From NCBI RefSeq assembly GCF_009914755.1, contig NC_060937.1: a stretch of 64,000 bases of DNA. One strand, written 5' to 3'. This DNA comes from the human T2T-CHM13v2.0 reference genome, Homo sapiens. Position numbers and translations under genes: made by a program. The notes beneath the pieces were generated by a model that saw only the letters and a list, made by a program, of their open reading frames with translations, did no database searches and was not told where the DNA came from. Positions 1 through 13,346 of the stretch are shown here, piece after piece; positions within the stretch are counted from its first letter, which is position 1, and each line of letters begins with the position of its first letter.

Positions 1-376
1 AAACTAATCAGGTATTACTTATCAGTTTTGATTTCTCTAAAGAGGAAACTGAGGCTCAAGAATAATGAATAATTAGCAAAAGATTAGCAAAGCACTGGCA
101 GGAAAGAGTTTAGCTATCATTTTCCTACTTTTCACACTGGCACATATTCAATTATTTTTATTTTCTAGGTAAGTGAAATTGTTTTAAAGTTGACTCATTA
201 GACACATCTTCCCTACGAGGTACAAAACTGTCATTTTAAAGTAAAAAGGCTGTAGTGCCACCTAATTAACTAACTTGCCAGTCTTCAACTCAGAAACAGA
301 GCAAGGAAGGCTATCCAAATCACTGGCTCCTGGTCTTATGAACCTATACCTCGGCCATGTTTCTTTACTTCTCAGG

Positions 377-744
377 TGTATTAGTCCATTCTCACATTGC
401 CTGAGACTGGGTAATTTATAAAGGAAAGAGGTTTAATTGACTTACAGTTCTGCATGGCTGGGGAGGCCTCAGGAAACTTACAATCATGGTGGAAAGAGAA
501 GGGGAAGCACGGACCTCCTTCATGTGGTGTCAGGAGGGAGAAGGAGCAAGCAAACATGCAAGAGAAGAACTACCAAACACTTATAAAACCATCAGATCTC
601 ATGAGAATGGACTCACTATCATGAGAACAGCATAAGGGGAACCACCCCTCATGATCTAAACAGCTTCTACCAGGTCTCTCCCTCAGCACCTGGGGATTAC
701 AATTGAAGATGAGATTTGGGTGAGGACACAGTCAAACCATATCA
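377..744 (-). mobile_element. THE1D-like MaLR solo LTR inserted into a MIR relic
   Basis: Reverse complement begins TGATATGGTTTGACTGTGTCCTCACCCAAATCTCATC and ends ...ACTAATACA, the THE1/MST termini. Perfect 5-bp TSD TCAGG at 372-376 and 745-749. Confidence 0.9.
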
Positions 745-983
745 TCAGGGTTCAGTCTGCTCATTTGAAGATGAGAGATTTGGTATGGATAATATCTTCT
801 CACTTTAAACTTATATATGCCCATAACCTTTGCTTTCTAAGAATTCTAGGGATTTCCAGGGAGCCAACTCTTATACAGTTGTAATTCTTGAATACAGAGG
901 ATATTACCAAGGCTACAGCATGGCTAGCACTCAACACAGTAAATTCTGAGGACTGCTTTGGTATATGAGTGTGTCTGGGTATA

Positions 984-1063
984 TTTGGTTGGTGTAAAAG
1001 TAATTGCAGTTTTTGCCATTAATTTTAATTGCAAAAACCATGGTTACTTTTGCACCAACCTAA
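984..1063. mobile_element. MADE1 (Hsmar1-derived 80-bp MITE)
   Basis: TTTGGTTGGTGTAAAAGTAATTGCAG...TTACTTTTGCACCAACCTAA, an 80-bp near-palindrome flanked by TA at 982-983 and 1064-1065. Confidence 0.93.
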
Positions 1064-1727
1064 TAAAAGTTATTGTGAAAGCTCTCAAAACAAGATTAAT
1101 TATACTGGACTTAATTCATACATATCATAGATGAAAAAACAATGGAATGCATTTGTTAATCACATGTAATTATTGTCAAAATTCAAAGATGATTAGAAAC
1201 CGTTGGAATAAGAGTTATTACAAATAGACCAAAATAATCTGTTTTATTAAGTGAGAAAAAATTAAGGTTTTAGAAGCATCACCTGTATAAAAATGAAATA
1301 ATACAATTTACTTATATAAAAATAAAAAGAAGTTTGAAATTTAGCAAATGCTAAAGGATCCTTAAAGAAATAAACAAAAAACCTGAAGACTGCACACCAT
1401 TTCAGAGATGCCTCAGAGATAGAGGATGTGATGTAAAAATAAGAGTTTCCAAAAATTCTTTTACTAGATTCTAGGCAACTTGGTTAAGAAAATTCTAAAA
1501 CACTCACAAGACATTAAAAACTAGTGTTTCTTGGTGCCAACTGTAACTGAAATTGCGCAGTTCAAAGATGATTTCTGAGGCATGCCATTTATGGCAATTT
1601 CTAAGCACAAACTTTTCCTCTAGGCCAATAATGTTAATGATTTTAAGAGCTTTGAAAGAAAGAGGTTGGAAAGCAGAATAAAATAAAAACTGTAATATCA
1701 CTTCCAGCAGGTATCTGGATTACCAAA

Positions 1728-2117
1728 TGTGATGGTCAATTTTATGTATCCATTTCGGTAGTCAACGGCGGTACCCGGACATTTGGTCAAATATTATTCT
1801 AGATGTTTCTGTGAATGTATGTTTTAATGAGATTAACATTTAAATTACTAGTCTTTGAGGGAAGCAGATTACCCTCCAGAATATAGATACTAGAATCAGT
1901 TCCTTTCCTGGAAGAAGGGGGAACTCTTCCAGCAGACGGCCTTTGAACTTGAATGGCTACATTGCCTCCTTCTCAGTCTCCAGCCTGCTGGTCCACCCTG
2001 TAGATCTTAGACTTGCCAGCCTCTGTAATTATGTGAGCCAATTTCTTGAAATAAATCATTTTCTATATACTATATACAAATTCTCTTCTGTTTCTCTAGA
2101 GAACCCTGACTAATACA
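1728..2117 (+). mobile_element. MLT2-family (ERVL) solo LTR
   Basis: TGTGATGGTCAATTTTATGT start and CTAGAGAACCCTGACTAATACA end. TSD CCAAA/CCAAG. Confidence 0.85.
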
Positions 2118-3095
2118 CCAAGGTTCTGTTAAATGGAAAAATGAAACAAGACAGATTTTAAATCAATGACAGAGAATTAGGAGTTCTCTACAATTTCAGT
2201 TAACATTCTGAATCTGGGGTATAAGTAAGGAAACAACCCCAGGACTGATGAATTAGTTTTTAAAAAAACCCAGCTTAAATATTTTACCCATTGCTGCAAA
2301 ATTTATTTTTATTGAAAAGTAAAACCATTTTCTAAACATCATTAATTTCATTCTTCTTTCTAGATATTGATATGCCAACCTCACTTTCCATTTTATTATC
2401 TAAATGAGAATCGTAGGTAGCGAAGAATAATGATAACAGTTGATAATCATTTCCATTTCTTTTATACATGTGTCTGCATGTGTGCATGTGTGAATGTTTA
2501 TCTGCCTCTTCTAGTCCTCTTTATTACTGCCTGTCCTACAGAAAACATGGTTTTTTGAAAGTTTAAAAAATATTATTATTACTTTTACTAAATTAGCTAT
2601 AACTTAATTTTTAGTTGGTATTTGGAATGAATTGGGAAAGTATTTGGGGGCGGGGGGAAAGAAGCTTTCTTATTAAACTTAAGGAAGGTTGGATTTTGAG
2701 ACCCTTCACAGTTATTTTTTCAAATGGCTTCTCATCTTCTGCAGTTTCTCTAGCAACCTCCTCTCACCTTGTAATCAGATTCATAATTGTTGAATCTTTC
2801 CAGAATCATGTAATATATAATGTTATTCATTTCACACCAGACATTATGCAAAATTAAGCAAGAGGTTTCAGACTCTAAAACATTGCAATTTAAATTTTCT
2901 CTTTGAGAATACAAACAAATCAGAAAGAAAAAAATAATCCCATCAAAAAGTAGGCAAATGACATCAATAGACACTTCTCAAAAAAGCCATACAAATGCGA
3001 AGAAACATGAAAAATGCTCAACATAACTAATCATCAGGGAAATGCAAGTTAAAACAATGAGATACTACCTCACCCCAGCTAGAATGACTACTATT

Positions 3096-5317
3096 TATTT
3101 TTTATTTTTTAAAACTTTTATTTTAGGTTCAGGGCTACGTGTGAAGGTTTGTTATATAGATAAACTTGTGTCTAGGGGTTTGTTGTACAGATTATTTTGT
3201 TACCCCGCTACTAAGTCTAGTACCCAATAGTTATTTTTTCTGCTCCTCTCCCTCCTCCTACCCTCCACACTCAGGTAGGCCCACAGTGTCTGTTGTTCCC
3301 CTCTTTGTGTCTATGTGTTCTCATCATTTAGCTCCCACTTATAAGTGAGAACATAGGGTATTCAGTTTTCTGTTTCTGTATTAGTTTGCTAAGAATAATG
3401 ACCCCCAGCTTCATCCATGTTCCTGCAAAAGACATGATCTAATTCTTTTTAATGGCTGCATAGTATTCCATGGTGTATATGGCCACGTTTTCTTTATCTG
3501 GTCTATTGTTTATGGGTATTTAAGTTGATTTCATGTTTTTGCTCTTGTGAACAGTGCTGCAGTGAACATACATGTGCATGTGTCTTTATGATAGAATAAT
3601 TTATCTTCCTTTGCGTATACCCAGTAATGTCGAAAGGTATTTCTATTTTTAGCTCTTTGAAAATCACCACACTGCTTTCCACAATGGCTGAACCAATTTA
3701 CACTCCTGCCAACAGTGCATAAGTGTTCCCTTTACTCTGCAACCTCATTGGCATTTGTTATTTTTTGACTTTTTAGTAATAGCCATTCTGACTGGTGTGA
3801 AATGGTATCTCATTGTGATTTTGATTTGAATTTCTCAAATGATCAGTGATATTGAGCTTTTTGTTATATGCTTGTTGGCTGCATATGTGTTTTCTTTTGA
3901 AAGGTGTCTGTTTATGTCCTTTGCCCACTTTTTAATGGGGTTGTTTTCTTCTTGTAAATTATTTTATAGATGTGGATATTAGACCTTTGTCAGATACATA
4001 GTTTGCAAATATTTTCTCCCATTGTGTAGATTGTCTGTGTACTCTATTGAGAGTTTATTTTGCTGTACAGAAGCTCTTTAGTTTAATTAGATCCCATTTG
4101 TCAATTTTTGGTTTTGTTCCAGTTGCTTTTGGTATCTTCTTCATGAAATCTTTGCCAGTTCCCATGTCCAGAATGGTATTGTTTAGATTCTCTTCCAGGG
4201 TTTTTATAATTTTAGGTTTTACGTTTAAATTTTTAATCTATCTAGAGTTGATTTTTGCATATGGTATAAAGAAGGGGTCCAGTTTTAATCTTCTGCATAT
4301 GGCTAGCCAGTTGTCCCAGCACCACTTATTGAATAGGGAGTCCTTTCCCTATTGCTTGTTTTTGTGAGCTTTGTCAGAGATCAGATGGTTGTAGGTGTGC
4401 AGTCTTATTTCTGGGCTCTCAGTTCTGTTCCATTAGTCTATGTGTCTGTTTTTGTGCCAATATCATGCTGTTTTGGTTACTATAGCCTTGTAGTACAGTT
4501 TGAAGTCGGGTAGTGTGATGCTGCCTGCTTTGTTCTTTCTGCTTAGGATTGCCTTAGCTATTTGGGCTCTTTTTTGGTTCCATGTGAATTTTAAGATAGT
4601 TTCTTCTGGTTTTGTGAAGAATGTCATTGGTAGTTTGATAGGAATAGCATTTAATCTATAAATTGCTTTAGGCCATTTTAATGATATTGATACATGTATA
4701 GCAATCCATATCTGAAAGGCACAACTGAAATATTGTGTGGTACAGTTGGAGAGGCAGGCAAAACTTCTGGGAAAAACAGTCTGGCCATTTTATTGATATT
4801 GATTCTTCCTATTCATGTGCATGGAGTGTTTTTCCATTTGTTTGTGTCATCTCTGATTTCATTGAGCAGAGTTTTGTAATTATCATTGTAGAGATCTTTC
4901 ACCTCCCTGCTCAGCTGTATTCCTAGGTATTTTATTCTTTTCTGTGGCAATTGTGAATGGAATTGCGTTCCTGATTTGGCTCCTGGCTTGGCTGTTGTTG
5001 GTGTGTAGGAATGCTAATAATTTTTGTACATTGATTTTGTATCCTGAAACTTTGCTGAAGTCGTTTATCACTTTAAGGGGCTCTTGGGATGAGACTATGA
5101 AGGTTTTTAGATGTAGAATCATGTCATCTGCAAACAGGGATACTTTGACTCCCTCTCTTCCTATTTGGATGCCTTTATTTCTTTCTCTTGCTTGATTGAT
5201 CGGTCCAGGGCTTCCAATACTATGTTGAATAGAAGTGAGAGACGGCATCTTTTCTTGTGCCAGTTTTCAAGGGAAATGCTTCCAGCTTTTGTCCATTTAG
5301 TATACTGCTGGCTGTGG
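3096..5317 (-). mobile_element. 5'-truncated older L1PA (about L1PA13-16-like) nested in the L1PB
   Basis: T-rich tail at 3096 and L1PA 3' UTR on the minus strand. RT-domain remnant [14 protein letters not shown]...[13 protein letters not shown] (ORF 4883-5248). TSD AGAATGACTACTATT (3081-3095) / AGAATGGCCATTATT (5318-5332). Confidence 0.9.
4690..4780 (-). other. Non-L1 insert that is an inverted copy of 6368-6458
   Basis: Hand alignment to the reverse complement of 6368-6458 gives about 14 differences in 92 nt, including a 43-nt core with one mismatch. Confidence 0.9.
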
Positions 5318-6011
5318 AGAATGGCCATTATTAAAAAGTCAAAAAACAATAAATGTTGGTATGGATGTGGGGAAAAGGGAATGCTTATACTCTGTTGATG
5401 GGAATGTAAATTAGTACAACCTCTATGGAAAACCATATGGAGATTTCTCAAAGAACTAAAAGGAAGTCTACCATTCGATCCAGCAATCCCACTACTGGGT
5501 ATCTACCGAAGGAAAATAAGTGATTATATAAAAAAAGACACCTTGCATGCATAAGTTTATCACGGCACAATTCAAAATTGCAAAGAAGTTGAACTAACCT
5601 AAGTCCCTATCAACCAATGAGCGGATAAAGAAAATGTGGTATGTACACAACATGGAATACTACCCAGCCATAAAAAAGAACAAAATAATGCCTTTTGCAG
5701 CAACTTGGATGGAGCTAGAGGCCATTATTCTAAGTGAGGTAACTCAGGAATGGAAAACCAAATATATGTTCTCACTTGTTAGTGGGAACTAAACTGTGGG
5801 TAAACAAAGGCATACGGAGGGGTATAATGGACATTGGAGACTCACAAGGGGGGTTGTTGGGAGGAGAGGTGAGTGATAAAAAAACTACATATTGGGTACA
5901 ATGTACACTTCTCAGGTGACAGGTGCATGAAAATCTCAGACCACTATACAATTCATCTAGGTACCAACCAAAATCACTTGTACCCCAAAAGCTATTGAAA
6001 TAAAAAAATAC

Positions 6012-6090
6012 TAAAACCCACTGACTTGTATACTTTAAATGGGTAAATTGTATGACATGTGAATTATGTCTTAATAAAGCTGTCATTAAA
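6012..6090 (+). mobile_element. Old L1M 3'-end fragment
   Basis: ACTTGTATACTTTAAATGGGTAAATTGTATGACATGTGAATTATGTCTTAATAAAGCTG is a typical L1MB/MC 3' terminus. Confidence 0.65.
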
Positions 6091-6140
6091 AACTTGCTCT
6101 GAGTTTGACTTGGTGTTCATATTTTCTAGGGGCAGACTTA

Positions 6141-6347
<207 letters not shown>

Positions 6348-7914
6348 TTCTTTAAGTACCAAATCCACAGTTTTCCTTAGGAAGGTTTGCCTGCCTCTCC
6401 AACTGTGCCACACAATATTTCAGTTGTGTGTTTCACATATAAGTAGCTATACATGTATTTTATTTTTCACTTGCAGACCCAACATACATGAGCAAAGTGA
6501 GCAAAGTGAACATCTTCAGAGGTTTGACTTTCAGTGGCAGCAGGGAAGCACATAAAATTGAGACTGGTTCTTACCTAGGGATTATCTCTCATTGGTGACT
6601 AATGGACACTTCTCATCATAGAGAAATCAAGGTATTTTTACAAGGTTGTGGTCTGTTTATCTACCGCAAGTACATTCAGAGAGTTCATTTCTAATGTTCA
6701 CTTCTTTTGTCAGGAAGGAATTTCTGTCATTTATTTGAGAAGGCAGTACTTTCTTTACTAACCACACATCAACCAAACAACACATCCTCCCTCACACAGC
6801 ATCTATCAAACAACAGCAGTCAAGGAAGGAGAGAGAGGAAGGGAAAAAAGAAACCTCCCACATAACTGACAGTCTGCTTAGACAAAGCTCATGCTGCATT
6901 AGACAGTTGTGTTAGAATGGGCTATTATAAACACAAGCAGGAAGGGGAGTGCTTACACTGTTCCATTAATAACTATGAATAAGCTATAATTTAAAGTTTG
7001 ATGTTTTAATAGATTATGGCTCAGCTTGTTTATTGAACATAATAAGTGGAGCTCTTGCTATACATATTATGAGTAATTACATTAAAAATGCTTGACCTGG
7101 AAGAAAACACAGCACATAAACGATCTCAGAATTTACCAGGCGGTATGTTAGCTCATTTCCTAATCACTATTTATTTATTTATTTATTTATACTAAAGCAT
7201 CAATGGAAAAAGTAGTCTATAATATAATGGCTAATTAGATGAGATACAAATTAGGCTTATGACATTTAGAAACCTGCACAATTATGGCTTTGTAATTACT
7301 GACTATGGGTAGCACATTGAATCCTATAAAAGCCAAAACACCAAGCTGGAGAGTGTGTTTTCCTGCTAGAAATATATCCCATGGTTCCCTTTTTGGTAAT
7401 TGCCATACTCAATTTTATGATATCAAGACTAATTTGATATTTGATTTACTATTCTATCTGTGTATCCATGTGTGGTAATACAGACACTTGACTTTCATCA
7501 GAAATTTTTTATTATATCCTATATAACATTAAATATGATGCCAAGCTGTAGTTTCTCCTTCCTAATGTAATTCTATAAAGTGACTAAGGTTCTGTGATAG
7601 TTGCTTCAGTTGCTTTGATATTGGTGATGTGGAATTACGAGTTTGACTCCCCCAAAAGAGTACATCTATTTGGAATATGTGCGATTCTAAAAAGTTCAAG
7701 ATGAGAGAAAGACTGTATGTCAAGTTATGGAAGACAGTTTTCATCATAATAATTTAATTATCAAAGATAATCTTATTATGCACAAGAATATTTGCTTAGA
7801 AGGATCACAGAGTGATGTGAAGGCAAAATATCTATTTAGAAAATACAAATCTTTACATGGTCTGTGATATGTTAACTTATTTTTTACCTGATTTAGTATA
7901 AATGGAAAAAAATG

Positions 7915-8065
7915 GACATTTACTGAATACCTACTATGAGCTAGATATTATACTGAGTGCTGTATATGCATTAGTGTAGTTAATGCCCTCTTCAACATTG
8001 GTAGGCTAAAAGTCAATGCAACTCGACGCTGGTCAAGGAGACAGGATTTACTCAGGTCTGTTTTG
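7915..8065 (-). mobile_element. MIR fragment
   Basis: ACATTTACTGAATACCTACTATGAGCTAG... resembles the MIR 3' end in reverse; highly diverged. Confidence 0.5.
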
Positions 8066-11063
8066 TGAAAGCTACATGGTAATGCCACTCAATTTAAATA
8101 CACCAGAAGCCACTTTAAAGATCATTAAGTTAGTTAAAAGCTATAAGAAAAATGAATGCTTCCTTTTTTATTGCGTATCTTAGAATATTTTCAGTGGTAA
8201 TGATTAGAAGCTGAATACAGCTAACTGGTTGAATGTATATAATTTGCTGCTTCGTACGGAGCATGTTTCATCTCATGACTTCCCAAACTAATTGCAATAC
8301 TAGATTTATCTATTAATTTCCAACAAAAGTAATTATAATTATGGTGAGCGTCTGTAAATTTCAACTTCCTTAGCCCTAAAGGAGCTGGTCCCAAATATAT
8401 AAAGCATTTAATATCCACTACCATCTCAGGCACTGGAAATTCTTCAATCTCTGATTCTCTTGATTTTCTTTAAGCTCTCTATTAGATCACACAGACAACT
8501 CAGGATCTTTTTTTTTTCCCCATGGTCACTAGGAACCTGTTTTGCTTTTTAAAAATCTTTCATTTCCAGTTATCTCTTTTTAGTTTCATAATTTCACAAT
8601 TAACTTATTACAACTAATACAACATATGATTCTAGATATGGTTTTCTGAATTATGAATATGAATTCATTGATGTGTAAGCCTCTTTCTGTTGCCTCAAGC
8701 CTAAATTTATTGTATTTCATTGTATGTTCATCAATAAGTTTCTCTTTTTTAGCTGTCTTTATTGATATTGATTGATTCATTTATTTAGCACACAACTATT
8801 GAGTGGTAGTTGTGTGTAAGGCTCTAATCTGGATGTTCTAGAAGAAATAAATATGACTGTTAACTGATGCTTTCCTTCAAAAAGACTAGTTACTATGCAA
8901 TGGGCAACATAAGCATAGGAAGAACAAACCAGAATTAGATTAAGCTATGTGTTATGGGAGAAATGAGTGATTCACTTTTCATCAAATGAAGAAATCATAT
9001 CATTTCTTGGTTCAAAACATTCAGTGATTCCCATTCTCCTTAGTCTTACACAATCTGTATCCAACACTCACTTATTCAATTAGAATTTCATTTTAAACAT
9101 TTCAGTCATACCTAAACATTAGCCTTTGGTGCTTAATGTCTCCCAAATATATTCTTTATAATATTGCTTAAATTACTTCCTTCAGAAAGTGTTCCTTGAC
9201 CAGACCCCATGTACAATGCTTTCTTCTTCTTTGCAATCTGTACTATTAGTTTAGTGTCCATTTAATACACTGGATTGATAATATATATTTTTTTGAGTAC
9301 ATGAGTGCAGTTTGTTTTTCCAGTTTTGAATTCAAATTCCCTAGGAGAGATCATGTCTTGTGCTTTTCTGAATTTTGTATAGTACCCCATGTTATATATA
9401 AAAAGGGTCCAATAAATGTTTGTTGACTGATTTATATAGTCTTACAGATCAAAGAACATTTTTGTCAACTTAAAAAAAACACTTGCTTTGAGGCTCCTTG
9501 CAGATGTAGTTTCTGAGGATTATTGCATTGCTAAAGTTAAAATGCAGTCATATCTACTATAAAAAGTTAACATATGCATTTTTTTGTAATTTGGCCATAA
9601 CACTTTTCTTGTAAGATCAAATATTCATTGTTGAGATGTTGTCACTGAAAATAAGAAATAAAATTAGACTTACATCAATTTACCATTAAATACCTAATCA
9701 ACATGTGAAAATAACATGGGTAGTAAAAAAAAAAAACTAAATAAATATGTATTCATTTAAAAATGGCATACATATTGATACTTGCACAAATCACAAGGAT
9801 ACAGCTTGATGAGCAACCACCCTACAGATCAAGAAATAGAATATTATGAACACATTAAAAGTTCCCTCCTAGTATTTGCTATTGCTACACAGTTTTCCTA
9901 AAGGTTTTTTCCAATTTGCAATCTTACCAGTAGTACGCAAGATTTCCAGTTCTTCCATATCTTCACGATCACTAGTTTTGTCCATCTTCTTAATTTTAGC
10001 TATTCTAAATTGGCATAATTTAGAATGTATAGTATTGTTTTATTTTGCATATCCTTCATGACAAATGAGAATAACATGTTTTTCTATATTAATTGGCAAT
10101 TAGTTTATGCTCTTTTATGAAATGGCTTAGACTTTTACCCACTTTTCACTTGAGGATGTCTTTCTATGTTTGGCATAGGTGATACTTATTGTATAAGCAT
10201 TTCAGATGATATCCCCTCCCAGTGTATCTAACCTCTTAAATCTCTTAAAGATTTCTTTTGATAAACAGAATGTATTAATTTTAATTTATGATTAATACTT
10301 TTTATGTTTTCTTTGGGAAATCATTTTCAGTTGAAAAGTCTTGAAGATAGTCTCTTACGTTACTTTCTTGAAACCTTATTGTTTCACCATTCACATTTAA
10401 ATCAACACTGTATCTGGAATTAACTTTTGTTTATGTTGTTTGCTAGTAAGGAGTCAGCATTCATTTGACTCCATATAATTATCAGATGACTCAGCATTAT
10501 TATTGAAAAACCTGCCCTTTTCCCACTATTTTGAAGTATCACTTTTGTTGTAAGTCAAGTGTCCTTGTATGTGACTTCTCTTTCATTCTGTTTCTGAACT
10601 TTCTCTTCTGGACGTTTTGCATTCTTATACCAATGCTTATACCAAAGCTTAATTACTATAGCTTTGCTAGAAACCTTGTAAGTCTTCCACCTTTGTTCTT
10701 CTTTAAGGTTGTCTTAGTTATTCTTTGTCATTTAGAAAAAGTTTGTATATTTTTATAAAATATAATTTGGCACTTTTGGGGAGGAAGGTTTACATTGGCT
10801 CTTTAGAGCAATTTGGAGAAATTGATATTGAATCTTCCAGATAATGAACATGATATATCCCTCTATGTGTTTAGATGTCCTTTTTTTCTTCTCAAAAATG
10901 TTATGTAGTATTTGTGTAGAGAGTGTATTAATTTTTAAAATTAGATTTATTAGGTGTTTTGTATTTTATACTGCTATTGTAAATGTGTCATTTCTTAAAT
11001 TTATTTTCTTCATATTTGTTGATGGTATGTTGCTGTTAGGGTTCTTCAGAAAACAGAACCGAT

Positions 11064-11745
11064 TATATATATAGATATAGATATAGATATAGATATAGAT
11101 AGATAGATATAGATATATGCCCACACATACGTATATATACAGTCACACATATATACTCAAATATACATATGAATATATATTATATATGTGTAAACTTATA
11201 ATACATATATTCATACTCGTATACATAAGAACATATGTATTATAAATGTACACATATATAATAGATATATTCATACTCATATATATGAATATATATTATA
11301 TATGTATATTTAAATATATATGTGTGGGTATGTATATGGGCAAGTTAGCTACACTCTCTGTGCCTTAGTTTTTTCCTATATAAAATAAAGATGACTACAG
11401 CACCTAACTTTTAAGGTTGCTGTATATGCATATAAGTAAGCATATGTAAAGTGTTCACACAAGGTATATACATATACACATACATGTACACATATGTATA
11501 CATACAACACACACGTATACATACATATACACATGTCTACACATATGTATACATACATATACACACATATGCACATGTATACATATATACACATATATAT
11601 ATACACATGGATATACACACACATATATACCCAGATATAGGTGTGTATATGAATATATACATAGGTGTATATATATGCATGTATATGTGTGTATATAGAT
11701 TCTATTGTTTCTGTCCTCTCTATTATTCATACACACACACATGAG
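11064..11745. repeat. Compound (TA)n/(TAGA)n/(CATA)n low-complexity tract with a degenerate ~60-bp tandem unit at about 11150-11310
   Basis: Directly visible. TATAATACATATATTCATACTC and TATAATAGATATATTCATACTC recur 60 bp apart. Confidence 0.9.
11336..11453 (+). other. MIR-derived insert that is an inverted copy of 13978-14095
   Basis: Ungapped hand alignment to the reverse complement of 13978-14095 gives about 13 mismatches in 118 nt. Confidence 0.92.
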
Positions 11746-13029
11746 GGAGAGAGAGAGAAATCTGTTATGAGGAATTGGCTTATGTGCTTGTGGAGGCTGA
11801 GAAGTCATGATCTGCCACATCATGCATGCTGGTGAAAGCCAAGGGTGTAACTCAGTCTGAGTCTGAAGGCTGGAGAAGCAGCAGAGCTAATGGTGTAAGT
11901 CCCAGGCCATGCGCAGGGGAAGATGAGGGGAGATGTCCCACTTCAAGCAGTGAGACAGGGGGAAAAAAAGGAGAGGAGGAGGATTCCTCTGTCCTCTGCC
12001 TTTTGTCCTCTTCAGGCTCTCCATGGGTTGGGTGATGCACTCACACTGGGGAGGGGATTCTACTTTACTGAGTTCTCCGATTCAAAGGCTAATCTCATCC
12101 CAAAACACCCCCCACACACATTCAGAAATAATGTTGAAACAGATATCTGGGCATCCTATGACTTACTCAAGTTGACGCATGAAATTAGCCACCTCATATT
12201 AAACATAAAATTGATTTGAAACATAATATTGACCTTGTATCTAGTGACCTTGCTAAATGCCATTATTAATTCCAATAGAATGCTAGTGGTTAGAAGCCAG
12301 GACAATGAGAAAGGCAAAATACATGTGAGGATGGAGTTGCCTGAGGATTCTAGGGGTAGAAAACTTGGCTACCCAACGTAAAACATGAAAGGAGAGATCC
12401 GAAGTAAAAAACTAATCAGAAATCTAAAAAAGAAAGTTTAGATGGGTTGGAACAAAGTCTTAAAGTGGGCACGTTTTAGAGTTGGATGAATTTCGTTTCA
12501 TAAATTAAGACCCAATCAATTTATGTAAAAAATATTGTAGTTGAAAAGCTTTGACAGAGCTAGAACTTAAAAATGTACTTTCTTGGAAGTCAGACAGAAT
12601 AATAGCCAAGCAGAAAGGGTTATTCCAACTATCTTGAATCACATTACATCTCATATGGTATAACCTGATCTCCATATAACCTATGTCTCTGACAACATGT
12701 ACGTCAGATTACTTAGATTACAGTAATAGAATTAATGGAGGCCAGCTTTATTATGTTTTCTCTTGTGTCAGATATTTTGAATCAATCTTCATAAATGTGT
12801 CTATTCCTTTAACACACTCAAAAAACCTTCAAGATAGATGCAATTATTTTAATCTTGTAAACGCAATGTATTTGTAGGAGATCCTTGGTCCTAAGAAAGA
12901 GAAATCTTCTTTGAAAGAGTTTAAACAAAAAGCTTATTTTTTTGGAAGCACTTGTTTACTGAGTTATCTCAGAATAACCCAGGTGTGAAACTGCAGTTGA
13001 CCCTTGCAGACAACTAGTTAGAATTAAGT

Positions 13030-13205
13030 ATCACATGTCTACACAAAAACATGTACAGAAATGATCATAGCAAATGTATTCATGGTATCTACAAACTGGA
13101 GTTAATCCAAATGTTTATCAATAAGTATATGGATAAATAAATAATGTTATAACCACAAAATGAAATCCTACTCAGCAATGAAAAGGAATAAATTACTAAA
13201 AAATA
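13030..13205 (+). mobile_element. L1M ORF2-end/3'UTR fragment
   Basis: CACAAAAACATGTACAGAAATG...GAAATCCTACTCAGCAATGAAAAGGAATAAATTACT. Confidence 0.65.
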
Positions 13206-13346
13206 AAAAAGAATTAGGTCTCAAAAGTCACCAAGATATTGTCTCTCAGCTCTGCTCTGCTTGTGAGGTTAATTTCTTTGTCTCTCTTTCTCTACCCCCA
13301 CCCTCTCTCCTTCTTTTTAGTGTTTTCCCACTGGCTGTCTCTACAT

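Larger units (their letters stand above)
2905..6010 (+). mobile_element. 5'-truncated L1PB-like element, split by a younger L1 (pieces 2905-3095 and 5318-6010)
   Basis: ORF2 C-terminal motif MQVKTMRYYLTPARM continues after the insert as [15 protein letters not shown]1PB-type 3' end ...CACTTGTACCCCAAAAGCTATTGAAATAAAAAAA. Confidence 0.85.
11028..12196 (-). mobile_element. MLT2B-like solo LTR with a greatly expanded internal microsatellite
   Basis: TGTTGCTGTTAGGGTTCTTCAGAAAACAGAACC at the left end, GAGGAATTGGCTTATGTG...GAGGCTGAGAAGTC body, and AAGTTGACGCATGAAATTAGCCACCTCA at the right end. Confidence 0.85.
9770..12280 (-). mobile_element. Ancient L1M (L1ME/MD-like) relic interrupted by an MLT2 LTR
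   Basis: T-rich antisense ORF2/3'UTR-like sequence at 9770-11027 resumes at 12197 (ATTGACCTTGTATCTAGTGACCTTGCTAAAT). Confidence 0.6.

Noticed and set aside
6460-6530. Strong acceptor TTTTTCACTTGCAG at 6476
   Set aside because: Only weak downstream donors and no coding signal, so an exon call is not supported.
11150-11310. ~60-bp periodic repeats that might suggest a CRISPR-like array
   Set aside because: Low-complexity AT-rich tandem units without unique spacers, in primate DNA with no cas genes.
11376-11823. ORFs of 82-122 aa rich in Y/I/H/T/C/V/M
   Set aside because: Translation artefacts of (TA)/(CA) microsatellite.
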